NCBI GenBank assembly: GCA_041937175.2
Contig: CP166615.1
Coordinates: 3,904,001 to 3,968,000, forward strand
Direction of reading: 5' to 3'
Source: Limnothrix sp. BL-A-16
GTDB lineage: Bacteria; Cyanobacteriota; Cyanobacteriia; CACIAM-69d
Length of the DNA: 64,000 nucleotides
The notes under the pieces are model-generated. The model was given only the letters and a program-made list of their open reading frames with translations, ran no database searches and was not told where the DNA came from. The translations under genes and the position numbers were made by a program. Of this stretch, positions 1 to 8,696 are shown in pieces. Numbering within the stretch: the first letter of the stretch is position 1; every line of letters starts with the position of its first letter.

Positions 1-653
1 CCAGCCGGTTTGATCTGGCTCATTGGATGTTTTGTAAAGAGAATTTCATAAAAACTGAGCAAAAACTCTTCTGGTTGGCATTCCCTGAAAAACGTAATTC
101 AGTGGGGAGTAATAGCAACTTTGACCGGGATCTATCCACGAGGTTTCAGTCCTGGTTTAGGTTGCTATTCAGGCGATGAAACCCAAATCTTCAGTGGCCA
201 AGGTCGCTCTGCAATCCCCATCACGCTGAATAGCTGTGCTCATCACTGCCGTCGGGAAAAGACCTGGGGGATCGATCGGGATCGCCAAAATCTGTTTTGT
301 GGTTGCCCATGCCCACTTTGTAATTATTTTGTTGCAACTCTCGGTATTCCTCGAGAGTAAGACTCCCATGGGTTGCTGTATTTGATCCCTGGATTTATGA
401 ACCTAGTTGAAATAACGTCAACTTCTGTTGATTTCCCTAGACGCTGACTCAGAACCGGTTTATCTTCAAGTCAAGGTACGAAAGAAGCAAGAAACGCTTC
501 TCTCTAAGGACAGTTCCCGGTGCGTACCTCCTGCCGGAGACTGGCACGACTTCCTCTTCTGTGTTGCATCCGAAGCTTGTTGTTCAAGTAGCGTTTGCGC
601 CATGCGGCGATCGAACCGGTAGCTGTTGATAAAACTAGCTCATTCGGGAGGTC

Positions 654-701
654 ATGAATCGTGAGGTTCGCACCACAGGCGCTGCTAACAAAGCAGTCTG
701 A
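654..701 (+). CDS. candidate 15-aa small peptide (MNREVRTTGAANKAV)
   Basis: GGGAGG Shine-Dalgarno 2 nt before ATG at 654, in an otherwise gene-free region upstream of a strong terminator. Too short for the ORF track. Confidence 0.3.
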   Translation: MNREVRTTGAANKAV

Positions 702-818
702 ATCGACTGAAGTGATGCCCGATTGACCGAAGTTGTGTGTCGTTGTCCACCCGATTGATTAGCTGTTGAGAGTAAAACCTGTTGAGTGATTCCTGTCTTC
801 AAATAGCCAGCGAAAGCA

Positions 819-852
819 AAAAGGTCTAGTCCGCGTCTGGGCTAGACCTTTT
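819..852. terminator. intrinsic terminator, probably bidirectional
   Basis: AAAAGGTCTAGTCC-gcgtct-GGGCTAGACCTTTT, with an A tract before and a T tract after. Confidence 0.8.
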
Positions 853-875
853 GAGTTTGGAGAAGTGTTCGGAAT

Positions 876-1151
876 TCAAGATTGGGAGCGATCGAGCCGT
901 TTTGCAATCCAGCGGCCAATCCCGTTTAAAATTGCACCCGCCATCAGAATGCCCAAGGCCGGCTGCCATAGGGGTTGCCACAGGGAATACCACAGATCAA
1001 ACCCGAAAGGCTTGTGGAGACTGCGACCAACCACGGCGATCGCCAGCCAAGCAAAGCTCAAAAACACCAAAAACAGATTGGCCATCAGCGCGCGATCGGC
1101 CCACAGCCAAAATTTAGTTTGCCAATTGGGGGAAGAAAGGGGAGCGGTCAT
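876..1151 (-). CDS. small hypothetical membrane protein (2 TM)
   Basis: 91-aa ORF with two hydrophobic segments, ending just before the terminator. Confidence 0.65.
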   Translation of the reverse strand: MTAPLSSPNWQTKFWLWADRALMANLFLVFLSFAWLAIAVVGRSLHKPFGFDLWYSLWQPLWQPALGILMAGAILNGIGRWIAKRLDRSQS

Positions 1152-1251
1152 TGGTCTTAGGTTCGCTGGTGCGGTTTTTGTGGTGATCCTGTGGCGTTAA
1201 TTGCGTTAACTAGGAGTTGTATCATGCCCCGTTTCCCAATCGCCCTTTCCC

Positions 1252-2496
1252 TTGCAAAATCCAACATTCAACCCCGCTGGTCAACCCGCTGAGGCAACTG
1301 ATCGCCCGATCGAGCCAGCCGCGCCCCACCTGGAAACCCTAGCGATTCATGCGGGCCGCGCGCCCGACTCCGCCACGGGAGCGATCGCCCCGCCGCTATA
1401 TCTCACCAGTACCTTTGAGCGATCGGCCGATGGTTCCTATCCCCAAGGCTATCTCTACAGCCGGTTAGATCATCCCAACCGCCGATCGCTCGAAACCTGT
1501 TTGGCCGCTCTCGAAGGCGGCGCGGTGGCCGCGGCCTTCAGCTCCGGCGCAGCGGCCATGATGGCAGCGTTGCAAGCCCTCGGGCCCGGGCAGTTGGTGG
1601 CCCCGCGCGATCTCTATCGCGGTACGGCCCAACTGATGGAACAGGTGTTGCAGCCCTGGGGATTGGCGGTGGTTTGGGTGGATGCCACGGATTTGGCACA
1701 GGTGGCCACCGCCCTCACGCCCGAAACTCGCGCCGTTTGGGTGGAAACGCCTTCCAATCCGTTGCTGAAGCTGTCGGATATTCGGGCGATCGCCCAGTTA
1801 GCCCAAGCCGCCGGGGCCCTTTGCATTTGCGATAACACTTGGGCCACTCCCCTGTTGCAACGGCCCCTGGAATTGGGAGCCGATTGGGTTGTCCATTCCA
1901 CCACCAAATATCTCGGGGGCCATAGCGATGTCACCGGCGGGGCGGTCATTGCCCGCGAACTGACCCCGGCCTTTGAGCGATTACAACAGGTGCAGCGGCT
2001 GGGTGGATCCGGATTGGCTCCCTTTGACTGCTGGCTGACCCTGCGTAGCGTGGCCACCTTGCCGGTGCGAATGGCGGCCCACTGTGCCAATGGACGGCAG
2101 GTGGCGGCCTGGTTGCAATCGCACCCGGCGATCGAGGCGGTTCACTATCCCGGCCTGCCGGATCATCCCCAGGCGGCCTTGGCGCGATCGCAAATGAAAG
2201 ACTTTGGGGGCATGGTGTCGGTGCAAGTGCGGGGCGATCGCCCGGAAGCCCTGGCCGTTGCCGCCGCCCTTCAGATCTTTACCCGGGGTACAAGTCTCGG
2301 CGGCGTGGAAAGTTTAATTGAGCACCGCGCCTCGATCGAGGGGCCCGGAACCACCACCCCAGAAAACCTGCTGCGCCTCTCGATCGGCCTTGAGCACCCA
2401 GACGATTTATTGGCCGATTTGGCGCAGGCCTTGGCAAAAGTGTACGGACTCGGGGCGTGGTCGCACGTATACCCCCTTGTTGATCCCCGAGTATGA
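1252..2496 (+). CDS. PLP-dependent trans-sulfuration enzyme (cystathionine gamma-synthase/lyase family)
   Basis: Motifs YSR, ETPSNP, DNTWATP, HSTTKYLGGHSD (PLP lysine) and SLGGVESL. Start uncertain. Confidence 0.92.
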   Translation: MQNPTFNPAGQPAEATDRPIEPAAPHLETLAIHAGRAPDSATGAIAPPLYLTSTFERSADGSYPQGYLYSRLDHPNRRSLETCLAALEGGAVAAAFSSGAAAMMAALQALGPGQLVAPRDLYRGTAQLMEQVLQPWGLAVVWVDATDLAQVATALTPETRAVWVETPSNPLLKLSDIRAIAQLAQAAGALCICDNTWATPLLQRPLELGADWVVHSTTKYLGGHSDVTGGAVIARELTPAFERLQQVQRLGGSGLAPFDCWLTLRSVATLPVRMAAHCANGRQVAAWLQSHPAIEAVHYPGLPDHPQAALARSQMKDFGGMVSVQVRGDRPEALAVAAALQIFTRGTSLGGVESLIEHRASIEGPGTTTPENLLRLSIGLEHPDDLLADLAQALAKVYGLGAWSHVYPLVDPRV

Positions 2497-2532
2497 TAAA
2501 ACCGTCCTGAAAGCAGCCATGGCGATGCCCTC

Positions 2533-3375
2533 GTGATTCCCTCCCAAGACCAGGATTGGACATCTGATAACGGGTTTGATGATGTATATCGTCAGGCCTG
2601 TGGTGGCAGCATTGCCGCGATCGTCCAGATCCTGAATCAGAAGTTGGCTTCCGACCAAATTCGCACCCGCGCCATCATTGCGGGTGGTAGCTTGCAGTTG
2701 CTGTGTGAAGCACCCACAGCGGAAAACCTCGATCGCGACCATACCGTCGAGCGAGTGCGCGCCATCTTGGAACAGGTGGCCCCCCGAGGGATCCGCAAAG
2801 TCACCCTCTATGCCCGTCTCGTACAAGAACAGCAGCTTTTGTGGCTAGAGGCGATCCAACGAGAGCCGGAGGATCTGTTGTGGTCAGAGCCGATGATTTT
2901 GAAGCGATCGCACTGGTTCCGGTGGGTTTTTCGCAATCTCACCTCCCGCCAACGAGACCTCAATCTACCCACCCTTGGATCCACCTTGCCCGCCAAGGCC
3001 GCCCGTACCCAATTTTGGGTCGGAGCGGCTGGGGGAGCGATTTTGAGTGTCTTTTTGCTGGGGCTAGTGGCCTGGAATTTGAAATGGATCACCATTGGCA
3101 ACCCGCCGGCCACCCCCACCGCCAGCGCCACCAATGATCCCTTCGTGAAGGCTGTTCGTTTGGCGGAAACGGCTGCTCTTGGGGGGCAAACGGCCAAAAC
3201 GCGCCAGCAGTGGCTAGAACTAGCGACCCAGTGGCAAGCTGCCGCCGACTTGATGGAGCAAGTGACTCCGGATGATCGTCGGGCCGCCACCGCGCGCGAT
3301 CGGGCCCAGCGTTACCGCCAAAACAGCCAACAGGCCCGCCAACAGGCCGAGCTAGCCCCCGCCGCCTTGCCCTAA
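2533..3375 (+). CDS. hypothetical single-TM protein of cyanobacterial type
   Basis: 280-aa ORF with one TM segment and an Ala/Gln-rich helical C-terminus (DPFVKAVRLAE...W..A..LM). Confidence 0.75.
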   Translation: MIPSQDQDWTSDNGFDDVYRQACGGSIAAIVQILNQKLASDQIRTRAIIAGGSLQLLCEAPTAENLDRDHTVERVRAILEQVAPRGIRKVTLYARLVQEQQLLWLEAIQREPEDLLWSEPMILKRSHWFRWVFRNLTSRQRDLNLPTLGSTLPAKAARTQFWVGAAGGAILSVFLLGLVAWNLKWITIGNPPATPTASATNDPFVKAVRLAETAALGGQTAKTRQQWLELATQWQAAADLMEQVTPDDRRAATARDRAQRYRQNSQQARQQAELAPAALP

Positions 3376-3600
3376 AGCCTGTCATCAAATTTCTGCCCGA
3401 ATTCTGCTTTTAGCCCTAACTTTTGCCCTAATTCTTCTGTTGCAAAAAGACAAGGATTGCAACGCCTGCCCGAGACCAAATTGGCTTTGTTGTTGATGAA
3501 AGCTAAATGATCGATCGGACATGTTTTCCTAACTCCTGACTGATTAGTGGGAGGGCGCGATCGCTAGGATAGAATGGTGATTACTGTCAAGCTTGCCATG

Positions 3601-3663
3601 GTTGACTATAAACTGTTGACTGAAATCAGTTAACTATAGAAAGTTGACTGAAATGAGTTGACC
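3601..3663. repeat. 14-bp-period tandem array with GTTRAC core (5 units)
   Basis: GTT(G/A)AC starts at 3601, 3615, 3629, 3643 and 3657. Confidence 0.85.
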
Positions 3664-3703
3664 ACACAATTCAAAACCCGATCGCCCCGGCCAAATTGCT
3701 CCT

Positions 3704-4324
3704 ATGTCTATTCGGCACTTTTCCGCGCGATTGAGTGCAATTTCCATGTTTATCGATCGCGCCTTTAAAGTTGATGATGCCAAAATTAACAGCGTAAACC
3801 GTGCCTACACTCCTGAAGAATGGCAGCGATTCGGAGCCGCCGAACACGATCGCGCCACAAGTTTACTGTTAGATTACGAAGGCATTGTCCTACGAGCCGC
3901 TTTAAGTGAATTAAATTCCGTGGTGGAGTATGAGCTGAAGTGGGTGGTGAGGTCAATTTATCAAAAAAAATATGGCTCCCACCGTGACTATCGCCGCAAA
4001 CTTTCCCACAAGACGATCGCGGAAATCTATCGAATTATTGAACGTGAATTTCAAGTCAAAATAGAAACTTTGCCAGGATTTCAGGACGTGGAAGCCATGC
4101 GCAAAGTGGTGAATGCCTATAAGCATGATGATGGTTATAGCGGTCAATATCAACCATTTTTAACCATCTCTATTGAAAAGAAATACGAATTAGATATCCA
4201 AATGGTTCGGGACTATCTGCAAGCCGTTGAAGTATTTTTGCAAGCTTTGCCCGGCGAACGATTGCAATTGGGGCAAGATGTGCGGATTAAACCCATTCGG
4301 AATCCGGCGGGCTTTGGGGAATAG
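3704..4324 (+). CDS. hypothetical protein, possibly HEPN-like
   Basis: 206-aa ORF, AT-richer than its flanks, helical. Motifs VVEYELK and RKVVNAYKHDDG. Confidence 0.7.
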   Translation: MSIRHFSARLSAISMFIDRAFKVDDAKINSVNRAYTPEEWQRFGAAEHDRATSLLLDYEGIVLRAALSELNSVVEYELKWVVRSIYQKKYGSHRDYRRKLSHKTIAEIYRIIEREFQVKIETLPGFQDVEAMRKVVNAYKHDDGYSGQYQPFLTISIEKKYELDIQMVRDYLQAVEVFLQALPGERLQLGQDVRIKPIRNPAGFGE

Positions 4325-4344
4325 TGGGTTTTGGCGAATCGGTG

Positions 4345-4408
4345 GCCGGTCATGACAACCGGTCACGACAATTGGTCATGATGACCGGGCATTACGACTA
4401 GCCATCAA
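4345..4408. repeat. 13-bp-period degenerate tandem repeat (CCGGTCATGACAA-like, 4-5 units)
   Basis: ccggtcatgacaa / ccggtcacgacaa / ttggtcatgatga / ccgggcattacga. Confidence 0.75.
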
Positions 4409-4490
4409 CTGGGGAGCGTCGTCTGATCATCGCTAACTCCCCGCGATCGAACAAATATCGAACAGATGAGGTTGCCCTCAACGTCCCAAC

Positions 4491-4739
4491 TCAGGTGGGA
4501 ACCAGTTCGCCGGGTCGCAGCCGGGCCCAGCGGCCTTGGTCAGCCGTGAAGCTTTGGCAACCCACCACATCCCACTCCATTTCGATTTCGTTGTCGCGCG
4601 GTCGGATGTTGACATTAATGCTGGGTTCGATCGGCTCAAAATCCGGCGAATCCGTCAAATGTGCCTGTTGATGTTGGGCTTCAACCGCGTGGTAAGTCGT
4701 GCAGCGATCGATATAAAGGCAGTTGATACAAATGCACAT
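4491..4739 (-). CDS. ycf34: Ycf34 family protein
   Basis: MCICINCLYIDRCTTYHAVEAQH...EMEWDVVGCQSF signature. Confidence 0.93.
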   Translation of the reverse strand: MCICINCLYIDRCTTYHAVEAQHQQAHLTDSPDFEPIEPSINVNIRPRDNEIEMEWDVVGCQSFTADQGRWARLRPGELVPT

Positions 4740-4949
4740 GGCTTGGGCACTCCTTGGCTATTCAAACAAGGCCCGGCGAGCGATCGCACCAAAGACCACC
4801 ACGGTTCGATCGCAGCCCCAGTTTTAATCTAGCTTGCGCCCATCGCAATAGACATCTCGCCTCCTTCCCAAGCTATGCCATTCTAGAGAAGACAACTCAT
4901 CAGGCGATTGTCATCAGGCGATTGTCACACTGGGGGCGGTTTTTGCCCA

Positions 4950-5126
4950 CTATCAATATCCAAGTCGCGGGCGGGCAGTCCGAGACGCAAAACGGACGTG
5001 GAGGCAAGCGTCAGACTGGTTCGCCAGCAGCAGCCGATGAAGCGTCAACCCGTGGTCTAGTCGAGCAGCTTCGGTTGTTCGGTTAGGGCCGGAATCCCCA
5101 CGCATTTAGGCTGGGGAGGATGTCAA
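4950..5126 (+). mobile_element. IS200/IS605-family remnant: tnpB 3' tail plus right end (putative omegaRNA scaffold)
   Basis: Translates as INIQVAGGQSETQNGRGGKRQT...EASTR...QLRLF, resembling a cyanobacterial TnpB tail. Followed by the hairpin TCCCCA-n11-TGGGGA and terminal GGATGTCAA. Confidence 0.8.
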
Positions 5127-5254
5127 GAAACACGGCCAGTTCGGTCGTGTCAGCCTGGGCCGCGGATGAAGCCAACTTCGCCGCGATGGTGCAGGAAGTT
5201 CCCTGATTGCTAGCATGTTGCGGCAATGGCTTAGGGAAATCGTGACGGCGGTGT

Positions 5255-5308
5255 CGAGCCATTCATCGGGTCGTTAATGTACGAGCCATTCATCGGGTCG
5301 TTAATGTA
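5255..5308. repeat. perfect 27-bp tandem duplication
   Basis: CGAGCCATTCATCGGGTCGTTAATGTA twice. Confidence 0.95.
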
Positions 5309-5309
5309 G

Positions 5310-7187
5310 TTGATGCAAACCTTGTTGCGGGCGCGCGTAACGCGGTTGATCCAACAGTGGCTTCAGCGAATTCCGGTTGTCAGGACAGCGATCGAATACT
5401 TAGCTGCGGTCAATGTGGCGGCGGACGATGGGAGCAATCTCGATCGTATGTCCTATGAAGGCTGGCAAAATCGCTTCCTGTTAGCTCGGGTTCGGTTAGC
5501 CTTTGGGTTAGGGCTGCTGATTTCCTGGAGCTTTGCGGTCTTAGACCTGGCGCGATCGGTCTTGCGCCAGGAAACCCTCAGTTGGGATAACGTGGCCGCG
5601 CGGTTGGCCACCCTGATTAGCCTGTTGGGGTTTTGGTATTTATCCGACACCCGCTGGGGAGCGCGCCATCTGCGGGTTCTGTTTTTGGGGTTTTTATTTT
5701 CCTTCCAAATCGTCCCCGAAACTTGCCAGGTTCTGTTGTCGCCCGTGACCCTGAACCGGTTGCCTCCCCGTCTTTTTGGGTGGGCCTTTGGGTTTTTTGC
5801 CCAAGCGACCCTAATCCCGGCTCGCTGGCCCCTGCATGTGTTGTCCCAGGCCTTGGCGTTGATCCATTCCTTTGGGCTGCGGGAATTGCTGGGGGCGGCC
5901 ATTCGCTCCTCACCGATCCAATCGCGATTTGGCCTGTTGCTAGAGCTGTTTTGGATTTGTGTGGTTTGCGATTTGTCGGTTTATCTCTATGAACGGCTCC
6001 AGCGCGCGGAATTTAGCGCCCGCAGCAAGCTAGCCGATGCCTATGAACAAGTGGAGGCGGCCGAGGCCAAATATCGCAGCATCTTTGAAAACGCCGTGGA
6101 GGGAATTTTTCAGTCCACGGTGGATGGATCTTTCATCAGCATGAATCCCGCCCTGGCACGCATTTTGGGTTATGACTCGCCGGAAGCTGCGATCGCGGGA
6201 ATTACGGAAATTCCGAGTTTGTATTCAGATCCCAAGCGGCGGGATGAGTTTTGCCACATTCTGGCCACAGAGGGCCAGGCGATCGCCTTTGAATCTCAAA
6301 TTTATCGATCGGACGGTTCCACCACCTGGATTGTGGAAAATGCCCGAGCGGTCTATGACGTGCGGGGGCAAATCATTGGCTATGAGGGCACGGTGGCCGA
6401 TGTCAGCACCCGCAAAGCGGCCGAAGTGGAAATTCGCCGCGCCCTGGAAGCCGAAAAAGACCTGAACCGCATGAAATCCCAGTTCGTGTCCATGACTTCC
6501 CATGAATTTCGCACCCCCTTGACCACCATCCTGGCCTCGGCGGAAGCCCTGGAGCACTATGGCGATCGGTGGGGGCCCGATAAAAGTCGCAACTATCTCC
6601 GCCGCATCCAAACCATGGTGCATCACCTGACGGAGTTGTTGGAGTCGGTTTTGGTGTTGGGGCAGGCGGACTCGGGGCGGTTGCAGTTTCGGCCGGGGCC
6701 CGTTGACCTGGAAGGGTTCTGCAACGGGTTGGTGGAGGAAATGTCTTTGAACCTGAAGGCCAACCAGGCGATCGAGTTTCGAGTGGTGAACCGAGGGGCG
6801 GCGGCTCCAGTGTTGGCCATGGATGAAAAGCTGCTGCGGCACATCCTGTCTAATCTGCTGTCCAATGCGTTGAAATATTCCCCCAACGCCAGCACCACTC
6901 AGTTTCGGTTGATCTATGCTCCGGAGTCTGTGCGGTTTGTGATTCAAGATCAGGGCATTGGCATTCCAGCGGCCGATCGGGAGCGTTTGTTCGAGTCCTT
7001 CCACCGGGCTGGCAATGTGGGAACCATTCCCGGGACTGGGTTGGGCCTGGCGATTGTCAAGCGATCGGTTGACTTACACGGGGGACAAATCCAAGTGGAC
7101 AGCACCGAAGGCGTGGGAACCACCTTCTCGGTCACCCTACCGGTCACCCCTTGGCAACCGCTCAGCAGTGAAGAAGATCACCTCTGA
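5310..7187 (+). CDS. membrane-bound PAS sensor histidine kinase
   Basis: TM N-terminus, PAS (YRSIFENAVEGIFQS), HisKA (SHEFRTPL) and HATPase (NALKYS, DQGIGI, GTGLGL). Start uncertain. Confidence 0.92.
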   Translation: MMQTLLRARVTRLIQQWLQRIPVVRTAIEYLAAVNVAADDGSNLDRMSYEGWQNRFLLARVRLAFGLGLLISWSFAVLDLARSVLRQETLSWDNVAARLATLISLLGFWYLSDTRWGARHLRVLFLGFLFSFQIVPETCQVLLSPVTLNRLPPRLFGWAFGFFAQATLIPARWPLHVLSQALALIHSFGLRELLGAAIRSSPIQSRFGLLLELFWICVVCDLSVYLYERLQRAEFSARSKLADAYEQVEAAEAKYRSIFENAVEGIFQSTVDGSFISMNPALARILGYDSPEAAIAGITEIPSLYSDPKRRDEFCHILATEGQAIAFESQIYRSDGSTTWIVENARAVYDVRGQIIGYEGTVADVSTRKAAEVEIRRALEAEKDLNRMKSQFVSMTSHEFRTPLTTILASAEALEHYGDRWGPDKSRNYLRRIQTMVHHLTELLESVLVLGQADSGRLQFRPGPVDLEGFCNGLVEEMSLNLKANQAIEFRVVNRGAAAPVLAMDEKLLRHILSNLLSNALKYSPNASTTQFRLIYAPESVRFVIQDQGIGIPAADRERLFESFHRAGNVGTIPGTGLGLAIVKRSVDLHGGQIQVDSTEGVGTTFSVTLPVTPWQPLSSEEDHL

Positions 7188-7380
7188 TTTTGAGTCTTGA
7201 ACCTTGAACCAGTCTTGAGCGTTGGGGGCGGTTGGCAGACCACGGCGGCCGCGGTCTACCGGGTGCTGTTCTGAGCCAGACCGGCCAGGTTCAATCCTGG
7301 AAAGGAAATCCATAAAATGGGTAGCCATTGAGTTAATCGATTCTTTGTGCACAACGCATCGGGTTAAGGGAGCGATCGCC

Positions 7381-8490
7381 GTGACCAAAATTTTGACCAT
7401 CGAAGACGAACCGGATGTTCGGGAAATTATTCTCGATATTTTGGAAGCCGAGGGGTATGAGGTGGCGGGAGCCGCTGATGGCAATGCTGGCGTTCGTTTG
7501 GCCGAAGCCTTCCAACCCGATTTAATTCTGTGCGATGTGATGATGCCGGAGTTGGATGGCTATGGGGTGCTGGCGGCCCTGCGCCAATCGCCCATTACTG
7601 CAACCACTCCCTTTGTGTTCCTGACGGCCCGCACCACCAAGGGTGATGTGCGCCAAGGAATGCATTTGGGAGCCGATGATTATTTAACGAAACCGTTTAC
7701 GCGGGATGAGCTGCTGGGGGCGGTGGCCGCTCGGTTGCAACGGCAATCGGCAACCCAAAAGCAATCCCAAGAACAGCTCGATGCGTTGCGCTATAGCATT
7801 GCGTTTTCGCTGCCCCATGAGTTGCGAACGCCGCTGAATGGCATTGTGGCCACGTCGCAGTTCATGCTGGAAGAGTTGGAGGATTTGGATCCTGAAGAAA
7901 CCCGCGAGATGCTGACGGATATTCACAATTCGGGTCAGCGTTTGTTTCGGTTAATTCAAAACTTTTTGCTCTACGCGGATCTGGAGTTGGCGGCTCGGGA
8001 TCCCCAGCGGTTGCATGAGCTGCGACAACTGCAAGTGGAGAGTCCGGCGGCGGTGGTTGAAACAACGGCACGCCGACAGGTGCAGGACTGGGCGGGGCGA
8101 TCGGCTGATTTGTCGGTGCAGACGGTGGATGCGATCGTGGGGATTTCAGAATCGGCGCTGCAAAAGATGGTGATTGAGTTGGTGGATAATGCCTGCAAGT
8201 TTTCGCAGCCGGGCCAGCCGATCGCGGTGTTTACGGCAATTCAGGGCGATCGCTACCAGTTGGTGGTGAAGGATAGCGGCCGGGGCATGACTTCGGATCA
8301 GATCAAATCGGTGGGGGCCTATCAACAGTTCGATCGCAAGTTGCATGAACAACAGGGGTCGGGTTTGGGGTTAACCCTGGCCCAGCGACTTTGCACCCTC
8401 TATGGGGGAACCCTGACCATCACCAGCGAACCGGAAGGGGGCACGACGGTGCTGGTTGATTTGGGCGTGCAGGAGCGATCGACATCCTAA
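7381..8490 (+). CDS. hybrid response regulator / histidine kinase (REC-HisKA-HATPase)
   Basis: GTG start; motifs ILTIEDE, DLILCDVMMP, YLTKPF, HELRTPL, NACKFS, GSGLGL. Confidence 0.92.
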   Translation: MTKILTIEDEPDVREIILDILEAEGYEVAGAADGNAGVRLAEAFQPDLILCDVMMPELDGYGVLAALRQSPITATTPFVFLTARTTKGDVRQGMHLGADDYLTKPFTRDELLGAVAARLQRQSATQKQSQEQLDALRYSIAFSLPHELRTPLNGIVATSQFMLEELEDLDPEETREMLTDIHNSGQRLFRLIQNFLLYADLELAARDPQRLHELRQLQVESPAAVVETTARRQVQDWAGRSADLSVQTVDAIVGISESALQKMVIELVDNACKFSQPGQPIAVFTAIQGDRYQLVVKDSGRGMTSDQIKSVGAYQQFDRKLHEQQGSGLGLTLAQRLCTLYGGTLTITSEPEGGTTVLVDLGVQERSTS

Positions 8491-8696
8491 GAACGGAACC
8501 GAAAAGCAGGATGGGGCTGCCTCCATTGCTCAACGTTACAACCCGGCTGTGATTGTTACGACCCGTGACCCGGGCTGTTACGATGCGACTTAGCGGCGCT
8601 GGCAATGGAGTTCAGGTCAATTTGTGGGCATTCCCAGGGACTGGATTCATCCGCCCTGAGCCATTGAGGGTCGCTGGCTGTTGCGCTGTTTTGGAA

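Noticed and set aside
1..23. Possible start of a minus-strand gene (ATG at 23, MSQIKPA...)
   Set aside because: Only 7 codons are visible, too few to support a call.
4754..5086. 110-aa ORF as a functional tnpB
   Set aside because: Only the last ~45 aa resemble TnpB; the RuvC and zinc-finger regions are absent.
5255..5308. 27-bp direct repeat as a CRISPR array
   Set aside because: Only two copies, directly abutting with no spacer, and no cas genes nearby.
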